A program made the position numbers and the translations under genes. A model generated the notes under the pieces. The model was not told the DNA's origin and searched no databases. It was given only the letters and a program-made list of their open reading frames with translations. Below are positions 8,664 to 15,922 of a DNA stretch of 32,000 nucleotides, piece after piece (position 1 is the first letter of the stretch; each line of letters begins with the position of its first letter). The stretch spans positions 630,001 to 662,000 of the forward strand of contig NC_002937.3 of the NCBI RefSeq assembly GCF_000195755.1, given 5' to 3'. This DNA comes from Nitratidesulfovibrio vulgaris str. Hildenborough. Lineage in GTDB: Bacteria > Desulfobacterota > Desulfovibrionia > Desulfovibrionales > Desulfovibrionaceae.

Positions 8664-9149
8664 ATGACCAAGGTTTTCCATTCTCCGTTCGTATGGCTGT
8701 GTGCGGTGATATGCACGCTTGTTGTGGGAACGTCCTCTGCCCGTGCGGCAGATGACGATGGCGAGGTCGAATGCGTGACGACCGAGTGGAAGCTTCTCGG
8801 GTCGAACCACAAGGTGTGCGTGTTCGCCTTTCGCGACCCCGACATCCCCGGCGTTGCCTGTTACATCAGTCAGGCGAAGACCGGTGGCATAGGCGGTTCG
8901 CTTGGCCTTGCCGAAGACCCTTCCAACTTCGCCATCTCGTGCAGTCAGGTCGGCCCCATCGATATCCCGGCGAAATTGCCTCGCAAGGCCAACGTCTTCA
9001 AGGAGTCCACCTCGGTCTTCTTCAAGGCGACACGTGTCGTCCGCATCTGGGATTCGGCACGCAACACGCTGGTCTATCTTGCCGTGAGCAAGCGTCTCAT
9101 CGAGGGGTCTCCGTACAACGCCGTCTCAACCGTACCCGTGCGTCGCTGA
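8664..9149 (+). CDS. creA: CreA-family exported protein
   Basis: 161 aa from MTKVFHS, with a signal peptide ending SSARAA. Strong by-eye similarity to E. coli CreA (CYISQAKTGGIGGSLGLAEDPSNFAISCSQVGPI, VYLAVSKRLIEGSPYNAVSTVP). AAGGAG RBS 5 nt upstream of the ATG at 8664. Confidence 0.85.
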   Translation: MTKVFHSPFVWLCAVICTLVVGTSSARAADDDGEVECVTTEWKLLGSNHKVCVFAFRDPDIPGVACYISQAKTGGIGGSLGLAEDPSNFAISCSQVGPIDIPAKLPRKANVFKESTSVFFKATRVVRIWDSARNTLVYLAVSKRLIEGSPYNAVSTVPVRR

Positions 9150-9219
9150 TGTGTGAGGTGCGATGCAGCAAGGCGGGTATCGTTCTTTTCGTGGCAACTG
9201 TGCAGCAATGGAGGTCGTA

Positions 9220-9978
9220 ATGCGGAGAGGTCGGTTGCGGGCGGTAGCCCCCGGTTTTGCCATCCTCATGATGCTGGCATGGGCTGCCAGTGCCGTGGCA
9301 GGGAAGATAGGTGCCTATTCGGCTGACATGGTTAGCCTTGACGCTGCGGGCAAGGTCGAAGCGTCGACCCGGATATACGTCGACGCGGGGCGGATGCGTC
9401 TTGAACTGCCGCCGCAGGAGGGAATGCAGGGCATGACCATCATCGTGCGGCCGGACCTCAAACTGCAGTGGATGGTCGATGTGGAAAGCCGCACCTGCCT
9501 TGAACACTCCCTCGACGACGCCCAACTGCGTGCCATCGCCCCCGCCATGGCGGCGGCGACCCCCGACAGCCGCGAGGAACGTCTCGGTACGGAGACCGTT
9601 CAGGGGTACAAGGCCGAAAAGAAGCGGGTGACCACGACGCAGAAGGTGATGGGGCAGGTGGTGCGCAACGTCAGCCTCGTGTGGCAGGCGGAAGAGTTCG
9701 ATATCCCGTTGCGCGAGCGCGACGAGGAGGGCTTCACGGAAGAGCTTCGCAACATCAAGGTCGGGGCGCAGCCTGCATCGTTGTTCGAGGTGCCTTCGGG
9801 CTACCGGGTGGTCAAGGGCAAGGTCGGGCAGATGCCGCCCGGCATGATGCCGCAAGGCATGTCGCCGGAAGGGATGTCTCCGGGAGCCATGCAACTGCCG
9901 GAAGGGATGACACTGCCTGAGGGCATGATGCCGCCGGGGATGCGGCCCGGGATGCCTTCTGGCGGAAAGACCCAGTAG
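9220..9978 (+). CDS. Secreted protein of unknown function with a Met/Pro/Gly-rich C-terminal tail
   Basis: 252 aa from MRRGRLRAV, with a signal peptide (AWAASAVA/GK). GGAGG RBS 5 nt upstream of the ATG at 9220. The C-terminus is MPPGMMPQGMSPEGMSPGAMQLPEGMTLPEGMMPPGMRPGMPSGG. Confidence 0.75.
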   Translation: MRRGRLRAVAPGFAILMMLAWAASAVAGKIGAYSADMVSLDAAGKVEASTRIYVDAGRMRLELPPQEGMQGMTIIVRPDLKLQWMVDVESRTCLEHSLDDAQLRAIAPAMAAATPDSREERLGTETVQGYKAEKKRVTTTQKVMGQVVRNVSLVWQAEEFDIPLRERDEEGFTEELRNIKVGAQPASLFEVPSGYRVVKGKVGQMPPGMMPQGMSPEGMSPGAMQLPEGMTLPEGMMPPGMRPGMPSGGKTQ

Positions 9979-10023
9979 GGCGGGTTCGGCAAGAGGCGAA
10001 CCTGCGCGGTCGACCGATTGTAC

Positions 10024-10045
10024 GCCCCCCGGAAGGGGGGCTTTT
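10024..10045 (+). terminator. Rho-independent terminator
   Basis: GCCCCCC-GGAA-GGGGGGC, a 7-bp GC stem with a tetraloop, followed directly by TTTT. Confidence 0.85.
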
Positions 10046-10282
10046 CGTCTGTCGGGAGAGTGGCTGCGCCCTGGACGGTGTGTCGCGCCTGTCGCCCGCG
10101 ATGCATGAACCTGATGCGGGAAGGACGCGTCCTGTGCCCTCCCGCCTGAAGGGAGGGAAGGCTGAATGCGGCGGTGGCCGCGTGTTGGCGGCGGCGTAGA
10201 TGACGGGCGGCTGCCCGGACACGCTGTCATGTCCGGGTATGGCGGCCTGTGCACCACCGCAGCCGTGCGGCCTGAAACGAAG

Positions 10283-10564
10283 CTAGCGCGATTCCATGAT
10301 GAACATGCGCGGTTTTTTCGTTTCGGGGTCGCGCACCGTCAGTTCGATGGTGCGCACATTGCGTCGCACTTCGAGCACCGTTGCCTGAAAGGTGTTGTCG
10401 GCGTCGTAGTCGTAAATCTCTACGGCGTCCCCGACGACGGGCATCCTGTCCGTGTTCACCTCCACAAGGCCGGTGGTCTCGGCATCGAAACCGTCCCACG
10501 CCATGGCGGCAACGGGCAGGCTCAGCATCAGGGCGCAGAAGAGGGCGATGATGGTATGTTTCAT
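10283..10564 (-). CDS. Small exported hypothetical protein
   Basis: 93 aa. Signal peptide MKHTIIALFCALMLSLPVAAMA, then an acidic mature part. GAGAGG RBS upstream. Confidence 0.7.
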   Translation of the reverse strand: MKHTIIALFCALMLSLPVAAMAWDGFDAETTGLVEVNTDRMPVVGDAVEIYDYDADNTFQATVLEVRRNVRTIELTVRDPETKKPRMFIMESR

Positions 10565-10792
10565 GGGCCTCTCGTAGCAGAGGCCCTTTTCGGTTGCAAC
10601 CGTGAGCAGGGGCGGGGCTTTCGGGGGGCGTCACCCTTGCCTGCGCCAGCTGCGCGCGTTGCCCTTCGGCGTCCAGCGTGCCGGGGTGCCCGTTGATGTG
10701 CCGTGCAGTGGCTGTTCTCGGGGGGGCTGGTCGTCCGCAGGTCAATGTCCCCGGTCGGTGGTGCAGCGGCGAACAGCCCTGTTCTTGCCCGG

Positions 10793-11356
10793 TCATTGGA
10801 AAAGATGCAGCAGGTGACCGTAGCCTTGCTGTTCGAGGTCCTCCACCGGGACGAAACGCAATGCCGCCGAGTTGATGCAGTAGCGCAACCCCGTAGGCTG
10901 GGGCCCGTCCGGGAAGACATGCCCCAGATGGCTGTCACCATTCCTGCTGCGTACCTCCGTGCGCGTGGTGAAGAGCTTGCGGTCGACACGTTCGACGATG
11001 CCCTGCGGGTCTACGGGTCTGGTGAAACTTGGCCAACCAGTGCCTGAATCGTACTTGTCACGCGAACTGAAGAGCGGTTCACCGGACACGATGTCGACAT
11101 ACAGCCCCTCGCGCTTCTCATCCCAGTACTCGTTCCGGAAGGGCGGTTCGGTACCTTCCTCCTGCGTGACATCGTATTGCAACGGCGTGAGCCGTTTTTT
11201 GAGTTCTTCTCTGCTGGGCTTCATGGGGGACGCCTCCTGCGTGTGACTTGTGGTTACGGCAGGGCCGTGCCCGACCGGGAACATGGAAACGGCCAGTGCC
11301 ACGAATCCGGCGACCAGACCGTAAAGCCATAGCCTTGTCATGCGTCGTGGTGCCAT
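10793..11356 (-). CDS. msrB: Peptide-methionine (R)-S-oxide reductase MsrB with an N-terminal membrane anchor or signal
   Basis: SelR core [33 protein letters not shown] take the start at the ATG at 11356 (AAGGAG RBS 6 nt upstream). It gives [28 protein letters not shown], a positively charged N-terminus followed by a hydrophobic helix. The track ORF extends to 11581. Confidence 0.9.
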
Positions 11357-11590
11357 GTCCGTCTCCTTTCCTGTTATGGTGCCGTGGTGCCTCTTCGGAG
11401 GTAACCCCGGAATGCCGACAGTCAATGCCCCCTTGCGTGAGGCGAAGAACGTGTTCATGGTATCGGGAACGGCTATTCTGCCGTAATCTTGTGCAAGACC
11501 GAGAGCAGGTGGCCCCGCATTGAGGGTGGCGCCGTGCGCGGTTAGGGTCGCAACAGGCGTGGTCATTTCGCCGAATCTCAAGGAGACCGC

Positions 11591-12472
11591 ATGTCATATG
11601 ATGTCGATGATGCGCTGAAGCGTCTTGAGCGCAAGCTCAAGGCCCTGCGCGCCAAGAACTACATTCCCGATTCGCTGCTGGAGATCGTGGCACGCACCGC
11701 AGCCATGCAGGCCGATGCGAGGGCCCGTGTCAGTGTGGCCCTGCCTGAAGGGCTGGCCACTCCCGATGCCCATGTCCAGGGTGCCCCCTTGCTTGCGCGT
11801 GATGCCTTTCCCTACGACAGGGCCGTGACCGCGCAACTCTTCGGGCGTCTTCTCGCCATGCTGCATGCCGCGGGCGGAAGTCTCGGCATGTCGGCAGACG
11901 CATTCAAGGCAAGGCTTGAGGCTGGCGAAGTGACGCTCGAGGCCCTGTGTGACGCCATGTTGCGTGATGACGAGGCGTTCTTCGAGGCATGGGCAGGGAA
12001 GATGCCCGAGGCACCCAGCCTCGTGCGATTTCTCGCGCTCGGCAGCCTCGTGCCGTCGCTTGAGGCTGTCGCCTCGCTGCTGGCACTGAACCATGACCCC
12101 GAAAGCGTATGGCAGCATGGGCACTGTCCGCTGTGCGGCAGCGCGCCTCTCATCTCCCGCATCGCGGGCAAGGAGGGAGCACGGTACAGCACCTGCTCGT
12201 TCTGTCGCCACGAATACCGTACTGCGCGACTCCAGTGTCCCTTCTGCCTCGAAACCGCGGCGGAGAAGCTCGAGTATTTCACAGCCGACGGTGAACCGGG
12301 CTATCAGGTGCATGTGTGCCGTTCTTGCGACAGCTACATCAAGCTGGCCGACTTCAGGGAATACGACCGCGAGTCCATCCCGGTGCTGGACGACCTTGAA
12401 TCGCTGGCGCTGGACATCCTCGCACGACAGCAGGGGTTTTCGCGTCCGACGGCCTCGGCGTGGGGGTTCTAG
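11591..12472 (+). CDS. fdhE: Formate dehydrogenase accessory protein FdhE
   Basis: 293 aa with the four C-terminal CxxC pairs typical of FdhE (CPLCGS, CSFCRH, CPFCLE, CRSCDS). AAGGAG RBS. Confidence 0.9.
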
Positions 12473-12473
12473 C

Positions 12474-13262
12474 ATGGAAGCCCCGCCCGTACCGCGTCCC
12501 GTCGAGGTGCGCCAGTGGCGCGACGGAGAGTGGCGTCCGCTTGCCGATGTGGTGAGTCACGAGGTTCCGGTCTCCGTGGTTTGGGAGGGCGGTTCATGCA
12601 GACTGTGGGCGTGGCCGCAGGATATCGGCGACCTCGCCCTCGGGCATGTGCTGCTCGACAGGCTGCACGACGGGCCACCCGACGGGCCGTCTCCGGCAGG
12701 CATCCGGCGCGGTGACGCGCGGTGCACGGATGGCGTGTGGCATGTGCGGTTGGCGCCGAACCCCGCGCCCCCCGCAGTGGCCGACGTAGCTCCAGATGCC
12801 GCAAAGGGCGAAGAGCCGCAGCGGGGTGCAGCCTCGGCACCCGGACGTCTCTCTGCACCCGAACTGCTGGAGACCATGCGCATGTTCATGGGGGCACAGG
12901 GCTTGTGGGACGGCACTGGCTGTTTCCACAGGGCCGGGGTGTTCTCGGTGACCAAGGGCGAGGTGGTGCGCCGTGCCGAAGACATCGGCAGGCACAACTG
13001 CATCGACAGGCTCGCCGGGTGGGCTGCACGCGAGGGGGTCGACCTCTCCTCGCATGTGCTGCTGGTCTCGGCGCGGGTGACGGCAAGTCTCTTCGCCAAG
13101 GCGCGCAGGGCCGGATTTACATGGATCGTCAGCCGTTCGGCGGTGACGACAGCCTCTGTGGACATGGCGCGCGAACAGGGGGTGACGCTGGTGGGCTTCG
13201 CGCGTGACCGCGAAGAACGTTTCACCGTGTTCACCGACCGCGCGGGGAGGGTCGCTCCGTGA
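12474..13262 (+). CDS. fdhD: Formate dehydrogenase sulfurtransferase/accessory protein FdhD
   Basis: 262 aa from MEAPPVPRP; the ATG lies 1 nt after the fdhE stop. Conserved FdhD segments HRAGVF, EDIGRHNCIDR, SRSAVTTASV. The upstream part of track ORF 12093..13262 overlaps fdhE in another frame. Confidence 0.88.
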   Translation: MEAPPVPRPVEVRQWRDGEWRPLADVVSHEVPVSVVWEGGSCRLWAWPQDIGDLALGHVLLDRLHDGPPDGPSPAGIRRGDARCTDGVWHVRLAPNPAPPAVADVAPDAAKGEEPQRGAASAPGRLSAPELLETMRMFMGAQGLWDGTGCFHRAGVFSVTKGEVVRRAEDIGRHNCIDRLAGWAAREGVDLSSHVLLVSARVTASLFAKARRAGFTWIVSRSAVTTASVDMAREQGVTLVGFARDREERFTVFTDRAGRVAP

Positions 13263-13927
13263 GGGATGCTCTCCATGTGACGGCGGACGATGCCGACGCC
13301 ACGGATGACGCAATCCCGGACAGCCGGGAGACGGGCGTCACCGGGGTCGTGCTGGCGGGGGGGCTTTCCACCCGTCTGGGGCACGACAAGGCCGTCATCC
13401 GTCTGCATGGAGAGCAAGGGCCAGACCTTCTGGTGCGTACGGCGGCCCTTCTGGAACCGCTGGTCGACGAAGTATGGATATCGTGCCGTCCGGGGCGGTG
13501 CGTCACCGGGCCATATCTGCGCATCTACGACGAGGTGCAGGGGCTCGGGCCTTTCGGAGGGGTCATGACGGCCTTGCGTGCGGCGCAGGGGCCTGTGCTG
13601 GTGTTGTCCTGCGACCTGCCCTTCATGGAGCGCACCCTGCTGGAACGCCTGCTCGAACGTCGTGGTGCGCGGCATCCAGAGGCTCTCATGACCACGTTCC
13701 GGCAGGAGGAGACAGGGTTCATCGAGTCGCTGGTGGCGGTGTACGAATACGCCTGCCTGCCGTTCTTCGAGGACGCCCTGACCGACGGGGTGCACAAGCT
13801 TTCACGGGTGATACCGGCTGAACGTCGGGAGGATATCGTGTACACCCAGAACGAGGCGTTGCCCTTCTTCAACGTCAACTACCCCGCCGACCTCGAGATG
13901 GCGCGGCGTATCATCGGGGCGTTATGA
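13259..13927 (+). CDS. mobA: Molybdenum cofactor guanylyltransferase MobA
   Basis: GVVLAGGLSTRLG nucleotide-binding motif and the LSCDLPF motif. A GTG start overlaps the fdhD stop (GTGA). The exact start is uncertain and could be further downstream. Confidence 0.8.
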   Translation: MRDALHVTADDADATDDAIPDSRETGVTGVVLAGGLSTRLGHDKAVIRLHGEQGPDLLVRTAALLEPLVDEVWISCRPGRCVTGPYLRIYDEVQGLGPFGGVMTALRAAQGPVLVLSCDLPFMERTLLERLLERRGARHPEALMTTFRQEETGFIESLVAVYEYACLPFFEDALTDGVHKLSRVIPAERREDIVYTQNEALPFFNVNYPADLEMARRIIGAL

Positions 13928-14949
13928 ACCACTACGACGACAGGCCCGCTTCCTCTCTCGTCGACCTGCACGGCCGCAGGGTGCGCTATCTTCGGCTTTC
14001 CGTCACTGACAGGTGCAACCTGCGCTGCCTCTACTGCTGGGGCGGCGGGGGGATGCGCTTCATCCCCCATGACGACATCCTGCGTTATGAAGAGATGGCG
14101 CGGCTGGTCGATGTGGCTGTGGAAAGCGGGGTCGAGAAGGTGCGTCTCACCGGCGGCGAACCGCTGGTGCGCAAGAACGTGTTGCATCTCGTCGAACTGG
14201 TGCGGAAGAAACACCCCGCCATCGACCTGCGCATCACCACCAACGGTACGCTTCTCGAGTCGCATGTGGCGGGGCTGCGCGACCTTGGCGTGAGCACGGT
14301 CAACGTCTCGCTGGATACGTTCCGGCGCGAGGTGTTCCATGAGGTCACCGGGCGCGACTTCCTGCCGCAGGTGATGGCGGGCATGGAAGCTGTCCTTGCG
14401 GCGGGGCTGTCGCTCAAGGTCAATGCCGTGGCCCTGCGCGGTGTCAATGATGGCGAGTTGGCGACGTTCGTCGATTTCGCCCGCAACCATCGCGTGGATG
14501 TGCGTTTCATCGAGTTCATGCCCATGGGCTGTGGAACGCGCTGGAACGACGCCAACTTCTGGCCGGCAGACGACATCCTCGCCCGTGTGCACGACCTGGC
14601 CGACCTGCGGCCCGTTGTGCCCGACAAGGGCGGACGCGGCCCCGCGCGGCTGTTCGACATCGTGGGCGGGCAGGGCCGTTTCGGTGTCATCACACCCATG
14701 TCAGACCATTTCTGTGGCGATTGCAACAGGTTGCGCGTCACTTCGGACGGGCGTCTGCGTACCTGTCTCTTCGCCGACCGGGAATACCGTCTGCGCCCGC
14801 TACTGCGCCATCCTAAACTGGGTGTGGAGGCCGTGCGAAGGGTCATCGCCCTTGCCAACAGGCGCAAGCCGCTCGGGTTCAGGCTTCTGGAACGTATGCG
14901 CCCCGGTCTTGCGGTGGCCGAACGGCGTATGACCGCCATCGGGGGCTAG
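13924..14949 (+). CDS. moaA: GTP 3',8-cyclase MoaA (radical SAM)
   Basis: 341 aa. CNLRCLYC radical-SAM cluster motif, C-terminal second cluster CGDCNRLRVTSDGRLRTC, and a terminal GG. The start overlaps the mobA stop (ATGA). Confidence 0.95.
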   Translation: MNHYDDRPASSLVDLHGRRVRYLRLSVTDRCNLRCLYCWGGGGMRFIPHDDILRYEEMARLVDVAVESGVEKVRLTGGEPLVRKNVLHLVELVRKKHPAIDLRITTNGTLLESHVAGLRDLGVSTVNVSLDTFRREVFHEVTGRDFLPQVMAGMEAVLAAGLSLKVNAVALRGVNDGELATFVDFARNHRVDVRFIEFMPMGCGTRWNDANFWPADDILARVHDLADLRPVVPDKGGRGPARLFDIVGGQGRFGVITPMSDHFCGDCNRLRVTSDGRLRTCLFADREYRLRPLLRHPKLGVEAVRRVIALANRRKPLGFRLLERMRPGLAVAERRMTAIGG

Positions 14950-14973
14950 GCAGGCGGTACGACGACCGCCTGC
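14950..14973 (+). terminator. Hairpin immediately after moaA (possible terminator, no U-tract)
   Basis: GCAGGCGGT-acgacg-ACCGCCTGC, a 9-bp perfect stem beginning 1 nt after the stop. It is followed by ATCAAGCC, so it is not a canonical intrinsic terminator. Confidence 0.35.
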
Positions 14974-15185
14974 ATCAAGCCTGAAGCACGCCCCCGGTGA
15001 GGCCACGTCATGCTCCTGCCCCAAGGCGGCGGATGCAGGCTCGGCCCCGGCATCAGTTGCGTCGGGCGGCAGCACAGGGCGGGAGCCCAAGGGCCTCACA
15101 TGCTCACCAGTGTGCGAGAGCGCTGCTACGCGGAACCAACTCCACAGGACTCGCTCGCGGTGTGGAAAGGGGCGCATGGAAGCCG

Positions 15186-15887
15186 CTACGGTGTGGTATC
15201 ATCCTGCCGAAGGGGGTCGAAGAGGCGTCCGAAGCCCATGACCTCGAACACGGTGCGCAGGTTGTCGGATGCGCCGGTGATGTGCACCTTGCGGTCCAGC
15301 GTCGCGGCCCTGCCCAGCAGGGTGGTGAGCGTGGTGATGGCAGCGCCGTTGAGTGCCGTCGATTCCCCGAAGGCCAGCGTCACCCTTGGCGCACCGGAAA
15401 GAAGGGCCTCTTCGAAGGCATGCCGCAGCATGGCTTCGCCCTGACCGCTCACCGTTCCCACCACACGCACCACGGCACCATCTTCTGAAGTCTCGCACCT
15501 GATGGACTCCGCACAATCGTGTTTGAGCCGGATGCGGTCGGCTGCACGTTCCAGTGCCGTGACCAGTTCTTCGCGTCGTACGGGCTTGTTGATGAAGTCG
15601 GTGGCGTCGAGGTGCAACGCCTCGATGGCGAGGTCCACATCCCCATGACCCGTGATGACGATGACCTCGCACCGGGGGTCGGCCTCCTTGAGGCTGCGCA
15701 GTACGTCCATGCCGTCCATGCCGGGCATCTTGATGTCGGTGAGCACCACATCGGGGTGGGCGTCATCGAAAAGCCGCAACCCCTCTTCACCGGAGGACGC
15801 CGTGACCGGGGAATGGCCCAGTGCCGTGAGGATGAGGGCGAACATCTTGAGCGTCGGTTGTTCGTCGTCGATGACGAGGATGCGCAT
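15186..15887 (-). CDS. Response regulator, receiver domain fused to a STAS (anti-sigma-antagonist-like) domain
   Basis: 233 aa. REC motifs ILVIDDE, VVLTDIKMPGMDG, VIVITGHGD, INKP. The C-terminal ~100 aa resemble SpoIIAA/STAS (VVRVVGTVSGQGEAMLRHAFEEAL ... TLAFGESTALNGAAITTLTTLLGRA ... VHITGASDNLRTVFEVMGF). No DNA-binding domain. AGGAG RBS. Confidence 0.85.
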   Translation of the reverse strand: MRILVIDDEQPTLKMFALILTALGHSPVTASSGEEGLRLFDDAHPDVVLTDIKMPGMDGMDVLRSLKEADPRCEVIVITGHGDVDLAIEALHLDATDFINKPVRREELVTALERAADRIRLKHDCAESIRCETSEDGAVVRVVGTVSGQGEAMLRHAFEEALLSGAPRVTLAFGESTALNGAAITTLTTLLGRAATLDRKVHITGASDNLRTVFEVMGFGRLFDPLRQDDTTP

Positions 15888-15922
15888 GACTTCTCCTGCG
15901 GTGTGCTGCGCTGTGGGGCTTG

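Noticed and set aside
12093-12473. The N-terminal 127-aa extension of the fdhD ORF. Analogous upstream extensions occur for selU (to 4235), ald (from 6287), creA (from 8574), msrB (to 11581), the MCP (from 29201) and the HMA2-like gene (from 28718).
   Set aside because: The extensions overlap neighbouring genes or lack family similarity. In each case an internal start has a good RBS and reproduces the expected family N-terminus.
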